From the NCBI GenBank assembly GCA_012026655.1, contig JAAILG010001529.1, positions 1 through 64,000 on the forward strand: a stretch of 64,000 nt of DNA, read 5' to 3'. Source of the stretch: Hydrolagus affinis (lineage: Eukaryota). The notes under the pieces were generated by a model, which saw only the letters and a list, made by a program, of their open reading frames with translations, made no database searches and was not told the origin of the DNA. Shown one piece after another: positions 24,091 to 37,199 of the stretch (positions are counted from its first letter, which is position 1; every line of letters begins with the position of its first letter). The position numbers and the translations under genes were made by a program.

Positions 24091-25040
24091 CTTTTGAAAA
24101 ACATCTACGCAACCGATGATATGACAGATGATTAAGAATAACTAGTGCCATGTCCATAATTCTTCAGTCTGCATCCAGTGGTGGTATGCTTCTCAAAAGG
24201 CATCAAGACCACTAATTATGTCCAAATTTGTTCCTCATGCTCCCCAATATTGTATACATGTACACGAGCACAAAAAGGAAAGGTTTGATTTTTGTGACAG
24301 CTATGAGAATAAAACTGGCAGTGTAGTTATTTAACAACTGCATGGTTACGTGAATCAACCAGTCTATTCTTCTTTCAACATAACCATAAGTTTGAAATCT
24401 CCTTTAAATCAGAGTTCACCAGCAATTATTCATCTCCTGTATTATTCTCAAAACGCCAAAACAGAAGAATTAGTCAGATCTGTGTCTTTCAGTTGCATAC
24501 CCCAAAGCATTTTCTCAAAGAGAAAAAAAAAGCAAATGTGAAAATGTTTAACCTAAAGTAATAATGCTGAGGTATGTTAAAACTATAAACAACTTGTTCA
24601 GATGTCACAATACATTTCCATCACACTGTACAACCACCAAAAACCTTACACAAAATCGCAACTCTAAAAGAAGGAAACAGACTTAAAGCAGATGTGATCA
24701 ATGATTTTGTCTGTTAGTGAAGCGTCTTTAAGTTCTGTTGCCTTCCAGCAGTACCGTCAACATCTGGGATCTCTGAAAAGTAACACTACATAACATTTCA
24801 ATCAACTGCTATTTACCTCAAGTCTGCTTTGACAATGTATGCAGGAAAGCAAGTGTTTTCTTCCTAAATATTAGTCATGATTTCTTCACTTAATATACAT
24901 TTAAAAGTAGTGTTGGTCGAAACAAATTACACTAAATTTTCACAGTAGTTACAATAAATCTAAAAGCCCCAAAAATTGGATAATGCGGAAACTCCTTGAA
25001 AAGCAGAACATCTAGTAAAATGATCTCAGCTTTAAAATAC

Positions 25041-25190
25041 CTCTTGATGAGCCTAGTCTGGAGAGGGAAGAACGACGGAAGGAAGGATAACCAAAATAGC
25101 TGATGTCTTCAGAAAACATAGCATCAGCATCTATGATGACACTTGGATGTGCAGAATGTATGTCAGCATCCAGCAATGACATAAGATCCT
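25041..25190 (-). CDS. UBR5: UBR5 exon 8
   Basis: EDLMSLLDADIHSAHPSVIIDADAMFSEDISYFGYPSFRRSSLSRLGSSR; TAG acceptor, GTATT donor. Confidence 0.97.
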
Positions 25191-26540
25191 CTAAGAAGGG
25201 AAAACAGCAATGTCAACAGCACAACACAAATTCCTAACAAAAATATTACGTCACATATAGAAAACTGTAGACAATGCATGCTGCAGAGGAGAATATTCAC
25301 CCCATAAATCAAGATAACCTTAGAACCAACATTTAAAAGTCACAAATGTTATTTTGCAGAAGAGCAACATTTTCCATATTCACTCATCTCCATCAGGTTT
25401 CTCAATACACTGGTTAAATCAGGTTACTAAAACATCATAATCAATTCTTGCAATTTATACATTTAAACATTACAACCAGACATCAACATAACATTTGGGC
25501 AATTTCTAATCAGTTATGCAAAATAAATCAAATGTATGGTTTAAATGCAACCAGTTATTGATTTAAAGCTCATCCATGAAACAATATTTGTTGTCTTATC
25601 AGTTTGGAAGCAAACGTTCCATAGTCTTCCCAAGAGATGAGGCAATGGGAATAAAACATTTTTAAAACAAAAACTTTAAAAACTATTTTAAATTTAGATG
25701 TAGTAGCTCTGATTGGTTCTGGTTCTCTCCACGTATTGTGCAATTTGCTTAAAAATTAAGTAATAAGTGAGAGCTCTGAAGGTGAAAAACAACTTGCGCA
25801 CACTCACACAAAATATAAAAATATCTTTCACATGGGATCTCAAACCACCTCACAAAATCTTTGTGATTCTTGAGTATACAGCAAACAGTGAAATTTAAGA
25901 TTGCTAACCAAAGGCGCTATTAGAGAAATTTTCATGGCAAGAGAGAAGGGAGCATTCACTTGTGTGGGAGCATAGTGGCTTAAGTCAAGCCATAGATGGT
26001 GAGCTGGAAGAAGTGAGGAACAAATAGCAGACTGGGGTCTGAACAGCAAGAAGAGGATGGTTAGAGAGATTGCAAAAATCATGGAGTTAGTTCAGGACAA
26101 GCTACTTGAAAGGTTGTCAAGAGGACGCTGAAATCTATCCATCGGAGTACTGGAAACAAACAGATCCTGGTGAGAATTGAAGTAGCAAAAACGTGGCAGG
26201 AGAGAATATGGCTGGTGCAGGAAAGAATCAGGTGACCAAGAATGTGAAAACTGGAAAATTCTAGCCTTGAGGTGGCATTGATGAGGGATTCAGCTGCAGA
26301 GGACTACTATTTCGACTTAAGGGGCCAAAGTTCCAAAAACCAAAGTAATGTTGGTCAAGAAAGCTGATGCAAGACTTTAAATGGGAGTGGAATGTAATGT
26401 TAAAAAAGCTTCATGATTGCACTAATAATTCCAATAGCTTGAGCGAGCAGCCAGGGTGGCAAAGCCAGAGGATGCTAGCAAGGATCATATTATGATAGCT
26501 TGTTTTGTTGATACTCAGCTGAAGAAGCTCATCCAGAACT

Positions 26541-26910
26541 TAATAATAATCCCTGCATTTGATACAGCGCATTTCACATCTTCTAGACGTCACAAAGCAC
26601 TTCACAGAATGTATTTTAAAATGAATTGACTGAATATTAGTGGCTGAAACGTGGCAGCCAATTGCGCACAGCAGTGTCCCACAAACAGTCATGGATTGAA
26701 GTAAACAATTTTTTTTAAAATTTAAAAGAAAAATTATAATCCCCAGAAAAGATATCCGCCATTCGACTAACAACCAAGTACCTACTTACTGTTAGGTAAA
26801 CAGAGGTATGTGGAGTAAGGCAACTTGCTCAACATCTCACCATGTCAGGAATTGAACCCAGGTCTCTCTCTTGCAAGGCGAGTACTCTAACCACTGAGAT
26901 ACAGGACTCC
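26541..26910 (-). mobile_element. tRNA-derived SINE
   Basis: Reverse complement TGGAGTCCTGTATCTCAGTGGTTAGAGTACTCGCC...; tail AAATGCAGGGATTATTATT. Confidence 0.85.
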
Positions 26911-27608
26911 ACAAGTTGGATAGTGAGAAGAACAATGAAATGAGGCAGAAGCAAGTAGAAGTTGTTCATATATGACTTAGACTCACTTCTGCAAGTTGTC
27001 ACCAAGGGAAACATCAATTTTTTTTTCAAAAAAGAGGCCTGGTGTACTGCAGGTAACCATGCAGGGAAGGGAAGAGAATGTGGTGAAGACTTTGGAAGAC
27101 ATACAAATAAAACCAAGAGGTGAGTGATAAAGAAGAGTAAGAACAGAATGGTTGTTAGTGTCAAAGTGAACAATGGGGTTGAGATGGTATAAGGTGCCCC
27201 GATCGTAACATGAGGGTGTCTTGGGTGACATGGACCAGGGCTGTCCCTGTGCTATGGGTGGGTTCAAATCCAAAATAGCAAGATCAACTGAAAAAACTTT
27301 AACAAATAGTACTGATACTCGCAGGTTGGTATTATTAAATCATTATTCACCCAATGATGATTAATCCAATATAAAATCTGATGTCCTGAAAGGAAGCTTA
27401 TGTAGTCACATTTAAGATATCATACATATGTATTTTGAAAAGATTTGGAAATTGCCCATAGTCCACAATTTGCCATTTGGTGGTTTCTTCTTCAAATTAT
27501 GCCAACTGCTAATATTTTCACATAACCAATTGTTAGGTCTGCTGTTTATTCCTGGTATAAAAAAGTGTGGATGTTGATATCTGAAATTCCAATATCAAGC
27601 TCACGAAC

Positions 27609-27768
27609 CTCCGGGCAAATAGGATTCACTTGCTGTGTCATCACCATCATCTCCATCTTCATCATCCCGACTAAGTAAGTTGTTTACAGCAAGATTGACA
27701 TCCAAGTTAGTACGTTGTAGTTCTCGGATAATAACACTTCTAGACTTGCCTTGCAATACCACTTGTGC
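27609..27768 (-). CDS. UBR5: UBR5 exon 7 (UBA domain)
   Basis: [53 protein letters not shown]; TAG acceptor, weak GTTCGT donor. Confidence 0.96.
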
Positions 27769-27824
27769 CTATTTCAGAAGGGATAAGATTAAATGTAGAA
27801 TACTATGGAAAATTACAAACAAAA

Positions 27825-28420
27825 AACAATAAATTACTTTTGTATAACGCCTTTCACATTGGGAGGATGGCCCAAGGTGCTGGACAGACAGAATTCTGGA
27901 CCCAATTTGGGGGTAAGGATTGGGGAGGGTGTGAGGGGGGGGGGGGTGGGGTGGAGGAGGTTGATTGAAAGCACAGTCAAAGAGGAGGGCCATGAAGGAG
28001 GCAAGGGGTAGGGCGAGGCTGACGGACTACAGGATGGAGTTTCAGAGGGTGGGGGCAGAGTGACTGAAAGCCCGCCTGGCAATGGTGGGGCGGGCGATGT
28101 GAAGCGGGAGGGAGCCCGCTGACCTAAGGGATCTTGAACTGTATCCTGTGTGTGATGGGAAAATAGTGGTCAAGGGTGGGGTGAAATGCTCACACAGCCC
28201 AGTGCGGGCGAACATGGGGCTGCAGAATTCTGGATGATATGCACTGTGGGGAGGAATTGGGGAGGCCAACAAGCAAGGAGTTTGCATAGTCAAGCCTGGA
28301 TGTAATGAACGCATGTATGAGAGGTTTATCGACCTGTGGAGTGAGACAGTGGCGGAGCCAGGCAATATTGCAGAGGTGGGAAAGGCAAAGTAGGTCATGG
28401 CACGGATATGTGGTAGAACC
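27825..28420 (-). mobile_element. L2 LINE 3' fragment
   Basis: [21 protein letters not shown] motif on the minus strand; L2 tail at 27825-27885. Confidence 0.85.
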
Positions 28421-28783
28421 GATAATTAAAATCAATTTAATTACAGAAAGGATATTGGTTATAGAAATATATTGATAGAAACAGAATACACAAGATAGGG
28501 CAATTTATAGTCAGTTTATCTAAAGTTCAATGCTTGGGCTTACATATTGCCTGAAGCTCAATATCCAATATTATAAATCTATGGAATTTGTAGTTCAACA
28601 TGGCTCTTTATCAATCATTACCAGAGATTCAACTACCTCTCACTATCATCACTATTTATATTCCAGTCCAATATAATTCAAGAATACAATAATTTCAGGC
28701 TTAACCTTCTCCAACAGATAAAGTCCTTATATACGGCAAAATTGACACCACTGAGAATTTCCTTATCATGTACATTCAATTAC

Positions 28784-28964
28784 CTGGGATATAAGTTCCT
28801 CTGGAATGACTGACGCTGGAATAACAGGCTGTGGCTGGCTTCCCAACAGTCCGGATCCTCGATCACGACCAGTTCGAATGACTCTGGTTTGCCTTCTTGA
28901 ATCTCTCGCCCCGGTTGAAGATCGTCCTGATGCCCCACCACTCACTCCGGAACTCCACCGACTC
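28784..28964 (-). CDS. UBR5: UBR5 exon 6 (start of UBA domain)
   Basis: SRWSSGVSGGASGRSSTGARDSRRQTRVIRTGRDRGSGLLGSQPQPVIPASVIPEELISQ; CAG acceptor, GTAAT donor. Confidence 0.97.
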
Positions 28965-31191
28965 CTGAGTGTGAAATTCAGAAAGCCTGAATTAGTTGAA
29001 TCAATACACTTGTACTACAAAAGATAGATTCACAAAGAAAAGGAGCAAGACAACCCAGAAATAAAAAAAATTATAATAAAGCTCCTATCATATTTCAATT
29101 AGTGGGGGTTAAATTCAACTTGACATCTGAATTTAAAATTCTTCATGGTCTTGAGAACAACAAAATTACATTTGTTTGCGCCTTTCAGGTCAGGATGTCC
29201 CAAGGCGCTGCTGACATAATAATCTTTACATATGAAATAGAGGCTCACCACTTTGAGCCACCTCAAAGCGCTTCATGAAGAATGTAATGTAAAATGTAGC
29301 AATTATTTATAAGCAAATCATTCAGCCAACACATGCATTCAAATCCCTTTCCTTTTCTGGACTAAAAATGCGTTAATGGGTAATCAACATTGGGTATACC
29401 TGTCAGTTGTGTCTCCAATGGAGAGGCTACCTCAGCCTCTAACAAACAGCAAAACCAAAGGCTGGCAAAAGACAAAGGAGCTCTTGGGCTTCAATTTGTC
29501 TGGGTAGTCAGTTTTGTGACTTAGTTGCATTGCCCTAAATGAACCTTTCACCTACCTAACAGGCCCTTTCACTAGTCATTAGACCAGTGTTGAATTAATT
29601 AAAATACAACAGCAGCTTCTTATGACCATTAAAAATACACACAGGAAACTATTCTACAAATAATGAGCCATATAATTAAGGCAATTCTAATTAGTTTGTT
29701 GCTAATCTCTCATTTTCATTTAATTGTCATCTTTCATAGCATCAACATGCCTACTTGCAACATAAAGTACTCCATCTAACTTGAGCCAATTCAGAACATA
29801 AAATACCACTTGGCTCATTAAGAGTTTGATTCACTCAGCATTACAGCGGCCCAATTTATCAGCATTATTTTCCTCTCTCTCACTTGAATTTTATACCAAC
29901 AGAGCTCGTCATATTGATAATAGCATTTACACTTCCACATAAATGTCTCAAAATGCTTCACTAAATAAAAAATTTGAAATGAGTGTTTCTTACAATATAC
30001 AAACACAGTAGTTAATGCTACTGGAAAGTGCCTTAAATAAGTGGAATGGTAGCCAATAAATTTCAGCTTGGGACCAAATTTAAATGACATGGGAATATGT
30101 TCCAAAATAACCAGAAGAAAGATTCCTTTTAAAATACTTAAACATCACCTGAATAAGGGAAAATGGAATAATGAATTGGAAATAATAATAATCCTTGCAT
30201 TTGATTTTGCGCTTCATCACCTCTTTGAGATGTCTCAACAGGCAATTCATTTGCTGAATAATGGTCACTGAGTGAAATCAGTACACAACCTAGCAAATTA
30301 TGTAATGCTTCCAGTCTCACTAAGTTGCAAGGGTGAAAATCTAGCGCGGTATGTTTGAATATAGTATAACATTCTACATTTGTCTCTGCCAAATAATATA
30401 CCTTAAAAAAATTATAATTACCTGTGCAGTCTCAGACTAGTTTATAATTTCTATTCTTCATAACAATAAACGATTTCCAAATTTGATGGCAGAAATGTCC
30501 ACACCAGTACAGTGAAAACTCATTCACTACTAATATTAAGTTTTTGCAAACTCTCAAGAATAGACACTGACAGGTGAAGTTAACCCGCTAATATGGTCAA
30601 ACCCTCAGTCTACTTGCTGACCTAAATTTCCACTGTACTGCATCACAAGTATACCCATTATTTCTGATAAGCAAGTTGAAAGCTACAATATACAACCTAG
30701 TTTGACTTTCGTAAGCATTCATAGTCAAATGCACAATAAATATTCAACACATCAAGTCTCAACTATAACCAAATGAACAGGATAAAGCAATCTTTAAAAT
30801 GAGTGGCAGTGTTAGCTAAGCAGTCACCAAGATTCTCATTCAGAAATTGCAGTTTGCTCCTGCAAGCAGCCAACTGCCACTGTACATGTCCAGCTGATTT
30901 ATAAACACTTCAACATTCAACCAAAAATGCAAGCCAGCTACTTTTAGCAACCCAACCAAAAGCCAGCACAAATAAAAACAGACAACTCAATCATATGGGA
31001 TGATAAATCACATGTCTTGAATGAATCAATGCCATGCGCTCTAAATAGCTTAAAATTTACAGCTAGTGGTTCTCAAAACAATGTTTAGTGTTGTGGTAAT
31101 AGTTACCATAAAACACCCTTACGATGCACATTTCTTTGGGACATGGGTTGTATTGTAGGTCATGTTGACCTGGAACCCTGCCAAAACTTAC

Positions 31192-31311
31192 CCAAGGGGG
31201 TTGCCTGCCAGTCTGCCCAGAGTATCAGAACCAGACAGAAACCATGGGGAATCACTACTCCTGCCTGGCCTGGAAGTCCTTCCTGTCCCTGAACCACTGC
31301 TCAACTTTGAA
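31192..31311 (-). CDS. UBR5: UBR5 exon 5
   Basis: SKLSSGSGTGRTSRPGRSSDSPWFLSGSDTLGRLAGNPLG; CAG acceptor, GTAAG donor. Confidence 0.96.
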
Positions 31312-32865
31312 CTGGAAACAAAGATTGGAGATGTTACAATACAGGCATCCTGCAGCTAAGGGACTTTACATTTGCCACAGCTGGTGAAAGACCATCCAGA
31401 ACACCCGTGGGCAATTTCTAGCATTCAATGCTGCAGTACACACTAAGATTTTTTGTGACCAGTGTTCAATTTTAAAAATTAACAGATTTTAAGCATACTG
31501 TGTGTACCTTTGCCTTTAAAAATGTATAGCCCCATCTCTGTTGAACTGCGGCCTCTTTTCCATTTATTAAACTGAACCACTTGAAAAACTGACCATGCTA
31601 ACCTAATGTTTTAAACAAACAACTTGGATATGAATGCCAACCCAATGAAGATCAATGTTTGTTTGTTTTTTAAACTCAAAGCAACTGTGATATAAATTCC
31701 AGAAAACTGCTTGCGGTGTCCTGCTGTTAACTATGATTCCCACTGCAAGTCAAGGTTTCTAAAGAGTCATTGCTAAATTTCCTTGGGATTTTGCCACACA
31801 TTCTCCAGCTGAGCTCAACCTTGCAGACTATTTTCCCCTTAAAGTTGAAAGTTTGAAAACTAATAATGCTAAGGCAGGACTTACGACTATCAAACCATAT
31901 TTAAAAAATCAATATCTGTTTGGTTTTATAAACTCAAGGTAGCTACACTCTAAATTCTCAAAAACTGCTAATGGTGGCTTGCTGATGATGGCAACATAAC
32001 ATTAATTTCCACTGTAAGTGGAAACTTTGAAAAATAGCTATTTCAAATTTGATACGAAATAAGATTCTAAAAGCACAAGTCCAATTTAGGATGTGCTGCA
32101 AGAGAAGCTACTCCCAACTAGTTTGTTGGAAGGACACAGTAATGTTTAACATAGACTGCTTTGCTGAATCCACACAAAACAAATATTGCATAAATCAAGT
32201 TTGAGCGCACATTATGTGCAACTGCTGAAACAACCTTGAGAACGTAGTTTTGCCAGGATGTTGATTTGGATTGCTACAGTAAAAATGCAGGTGCTGAGGA
32301 TAAATTCAGTTTCAATTCAACCAACAAAAAAGAACTTTTAAGGAAATATTTTTGCTGTCATTTAGACATTGGGTCAAACTCCCAACTCCTCAATATTTTA
32401 AACAAGCCAACCATTATTCAATGCTAGCTAGTGAAGCTCTGTACACCTGGTTGCACATGATACAGAGCCCTCTTCAGCGAGAGCAACTCAATGCGGGAAA
32501 TTAAAATTTAGGCTTCCCACACACAATTGCTGTAGTCGCATGTCTTTCAGGAGTACAAATTAGGTACATGACCCACATTCGTAAGTCATTTTCTGGCCGG
32601 AAAAAAAGTACTTGACAAACTTAAACATTTGGTAGGATAAGTATTGTAAAAATTCTTGTTTAACAACAGAATGTTAAGATATTCTATACATTACTTAAAT
32701 ACACAATTATTTATATACCTTAAAAAACACATTTGGTTTACTGCCTGTACAAGATACAAAATGAACACTATATATAGATATAAATACACACACACACACA
32801 GAACTAAACTAAACATATCTAAAGGTTTAAAGTAATTAAAATGATGAGCAAAGTTGGATCCTTAC

Positions 32866-32942
32866 CCATCAGTTGTGTCAGGTTTTCCCAACTCTAACCT
32901 GTCTGGTTGAACAGCAAAACTAATTCTGCAAATACGACCATC
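32866..32942 (-). CDS. UBR5: UBR5 exon 4
   Basis: DGRICRISFAVQPDRLELGKPDTTDG; TAG acceptor, GTAAG donor. Confidence 0.97.
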
Positions 32943-35299
32943 CTAGGGGAAGAAACAGAAGAATTTTTATAAGTGAAAGACCAGCAATAGCCAATGCTAA
33001 ACTGAAACTAACATATTATTTCAAATAACAGATACAAAAATAAATTCCAAATTCAGTTAATCTCCCACATTAAAATGACTTTAGCAGTATTTTTCACTTG
33101 AGAATACAAATGAACTATTCATGCTGTTACCAAAAATTACAATCCACCAGTTGCTTACACCATTAAATACAAAGCAATATTGAAGTAAAATGGTTGTGGG
33201 TTAGCTTTTTGCCTACACCTTCCATTGTTCTGTACTAAATTATACAAACTTTTACTCAGTAATATACTATCCGTGAACACATTAAAAAAAATTAGTAAGA
33301 ATAGTTCTGAACATGGCTGGAATTTTTTTAAAAAAAAGTGAGTCAAGAGCCCATAGACACATTAACAACTTGGATTTATATAGCGTCCTCCACTGCGTTT
33401 CAGAGTGCTTGACAATAGCGGAACCCGAGGCCGAGCTAGGCAGAGGTCAAACCTGAGGCCGAGCATAGGCGTGGTCGAACAGGAAGGTCTTCAGGTGCGA
33501 CTTAGTAATGGCAGAGGAAGTTCCAGAGTTTCGGGGCATAGTGATTGAAAGTACGGCCGCCGATGCTGGAGTGGAGGATTCAGGGGACAAGGAGGCGGCC
33601 AGACCCAATAGAGCAATAACATTATTTCATTAAATTACCACAAGTGAAAAGTAATGAAATCTTGCTGTTTAATTTTAAAAGTATGGAGAAAACATATCTG
33701 TTGGGTTTCAATAAACTAACAGTTTATATCGTCAATGCAATCTGCAAAGACTGATATGGCTTGTATAAATGTAGGCCTTTTCTTACCCTGCCTCAACTAA
33801 AGGCTAAACTGACTACCCAAGTCTGTCAAGCAAATGGCATTATCAAAAAGATGAATGGTTCAAGTCATCCCCTCTCTCATGTAAGAATGGAAATCTTGCC
33901 CATGTAACAACCTAGCTGAGAATTGAAGAAACTGACCCAACTGTAATGGGAGAAATGGCAACCTGACGGTTATAACCATATAATCCCATTCGTTTTATAT
34001 TTGTGTTGCTTTAAGTGTTCACTTAAAGTGTAAAAGAGTGGGCACGCCAAAGTGTATACTTTCAGTTTCCTGTATACTGTACATCTATTTTTTGCTCAGC
34101 TGCAGAGAAAACAGATTGTTCCTCACAGAGAGGGCAATGATAAAGTGTTTTAAAGCAATTAACTATTAATGTAAACTTTTTTGGACCTCTTGCATTCAGT
34201 TGCAGTAACTTGGGACTTTCCCCCCAAGCAAAACAGGCACTTAGATTTAATAGGGAATTTTTTTTAAAATCCAATAAGCACATGATTAAAGCTACCATGT
34301 AATATCCTGCACTTCCAAATAAAACAAGCCTGCATCATTTTAAAACTGTATTCATTATAAAATGTGTGACCCCCAGGTCGTTAAGGGACAACAAAAAAGG
34401 CAAAGCATACACATTTTGCACAAGCTCGTTTTCTGCAAGATGTACTTCTCATGTCACAGTAAGAGACATTAGAAGTCCCCTTTGTGGATTACCCGCTTGA
34501 CAACAAGCAGGAAATTATGTTAATTACAAGGATTGGATTTTGAATGGCACAATTTAGCTGGTCACATAAGAAAATGTCAGGATTCACAATTCAACTGTAT
34601 TTCAAGTCTTATGGTAAGGTACATTATGAAAGAGTTATCCTGTTTATTTCAAGGTTCAAAATTAATTTTTAAAATGGCATGCTAATTTCATTTGAATCTA
34701 ATTTGTTGTTGCACATGGTTCTCTGTCAAATGTAAAATGGCCACTAGCTGACATCAAGTCAGCTCATTTCCAAACTTTCAAATGACCATTTGGCTGACAT
34801 TTCTAATGTCTCTTTCTGTGACATCATAAGCACAGATTTTGCTGACAGCAAGCAAATTCTAAATTTGGATTTTATATTAATGAAGGTTAAAAACAATTCC
34901 TCTCCCTTCCACTTTCACTCCCATTTCCATGTTTAAAATCTAAAGACAGTTCTGGACCTAAGGACACGGTATTTGTCCCAATGTGAAACTTAAAACATGC
35001 AGCAGGCAGCATGTGATGGTTTGTGTAGGTGTAGGTACTGTGTAAGTATACGCAGATCACAGTTTTCATGAAATTAATGAGATAGATGACCAACTTTATT
35101 GCAGAGCTCATTTTAGATTTGGAGATGTGCAGTAATCTAAAGCAGGATCATCATTCCCTGCCCCCGTTTGGAGACCGGGGCCAATGTCGTATCAGCTAAC
35201 TCACTAAACTTAAGTTGAATCTGTAACCTTATAGAAACTAGATAGAGCTCAATACCAAACTATATAACATTAACAACTAATAAAAAAAATTGTAGTTGT

Positions 35300-35563
35300 T
35301 AAAAGAAACAGAGGGGAGGCGAGAAGAAATTTGTTTCACACAGCAAGCTGTTCAGATCTATAATGCATTGCCTGAAAGGGTAGTGAAAGCTGATTCAATA
35401 ACAACTTAAGTGAGAAGTAGATAGTTATTTGGGGAGGACAGATTTGCAGGGCTATGGGGAGAGACCAGGGGAGTGGGATAGATTTGGACAGCTCTTTTCA
35501 AAGAGCCAGCACACATGGGGCCAAGTGCCCTCCTTCTATGCTGTACAATTCTATGATTCCATG
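35300..35563 (+). mobile_element. CR1 LINE 3' fragment
   Basis: Homologous to 17405-17657; ends ATTCTATGATTCCATG. Confidence 0.85.
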
Positions 35564-35565
35564 TA

Positions 35566-35945
35566 CACGTAGACCTCACTTAACGTTGCTTTGGTCAACG
35601 TTTTGTTGTTACGTTGCTGATACGTAGGGAACACCACGACTTTCGCTACAATGTGAGTCCTTTAGTAAAAAAAACAGGAAAACTATTACTCTCTAAATGA
35701 AATTAGATGTTTTAACCTGTTTTAATGCTGGAGAACGGGCAGTTGATATCGGTAGAGTGCTTGGCCTCTGTAAGCAAGCTCCACAATATCTCAGGTGAGT
35801 GTTAAGTTCTTTAAATTTTTAAAAAATATTTTACATTAATGAATGTACATGTATTTCAACCTATAATTTTTGGGTTCACTTAACGTCCTTTCACTTAGTC
35901 ACACTTTTCAAGGACATAACTACGACGTTAAGCGAGGACTAATTG
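35566..35945. mobile_element. Tigger-like non-autonomous DNA transposon
   Basis: Imperfect TIRs CACGTAGACCTCACTTAACGT / ACGTTAAGCGAGGACTAATTG with TA on both flanks; sits directly after the CR1 tail. Confidence 0.7.
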
Positions 35946-36779
35946 TACTTATTTTATCATTACGCCACAAAGAAAGACTAAATAGCAATTTTTTGCTTTG
36001 TTTGTCATACACCTATCCTAACTAAAAATAGAGTTAAGTTAGGGAGTTGGGTGATATTTTAAAGTGGTTGGCAGAACATTCCAATTAGGAAAATAGTCTG
36101 CATTGCTCCTTCCTAAAACAGAGCAGTTCACCCACTTCCTCCTACTAAGGATGGCACAAAACTGAAAAGGTCTGCAGCTTATCTTTGCTTCTAAGTTTCT
36201 CACATTTTTAAAAGCAGATAAGGCATGTTGATTCAGTAACTGACGTTTCATTTAGATAAATCCTCAAGCTAATTTTTTTTTATTGTATCTGTTTGCCTAA
36301 CTATTCGCTCAACATGGCAAAATCTGACCAAAAGTAGCTGAACAATGCGAGAGAATTCTGAAGTTGATTGATTTATAGCAACACATCATGAAGAATGGTT
36401 TGGGCAAAATCAATAAGTGCTTAGATATAAAGGTGGAAGGGAAACCTTTTGTTATAAACAGGATGCTCATTTCTGCAAAGAGAATTCCTCTCAATCCTTA
36501 ACGTTTGCTATCATAACTGTTATGTCTTTTACAGCCTCCAAGTCAAAACTGAAGTGAGAAAATTGATGACTTACATCCAAAAAATTAAATCGAGGGAGTG
36601 AAATATTTCCTCTTTTAAGTCGTACTATAAACTAACCCTGATAAAAACTATAAACTATTTGTACTGATCAGTTGTTTGACTATGTAATGTTCACGGACTA
36701 TGTAATGTTCTAGGATGAGAGCCCAACCACATGTAGACCTCTTAAAATGAGAAAGAACGAGAAACAACAGTGATTTGCT

Positions 36780-37070
36780 TTGCTCTCTGTTATATCTGGG
36801 AATATAGAATGTATATTATTAAGTATGATCTTGAATTACCGAGTAGGGAAATTGTGTGTGCAGAGGAAATTTGAATTTGTAGATAACTCAGGGACTTTCA
36901 ACTGGACAAATCATTTATTGGAAGACAGTTATATAAATAATCCTTTTTTTTATATTTTGGATAAATCTAAAACTAAACTAGTAGTGCAAAATATAAAAAC
37001 ATTGTGATTAATTTCAAGTGGATTGGGGACAGGGGAAGGGATGGACAAAATTGTAGTTAATAAGCTCAGT
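36780..37070 (+). mobile_element. Degraded CR1 ORF1-like fragment
   Basis: LNYRVGKLCVQRKFEFVDNSGTF resembles the CR1 ORF1 esterase region. Confidence 0.4.
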
Positions 37071-37199
37071 AAAAGACAGGACTTAATTAATAAAAAAAAT
37101 AATATTCCTTGCATTTGATATAGCGCTTTTCACGTCTTCTAGACATCTCCAACGAGTTTACAGGAGTTTACCACTCCCAACCTCTCAGGGCCGGCATCG

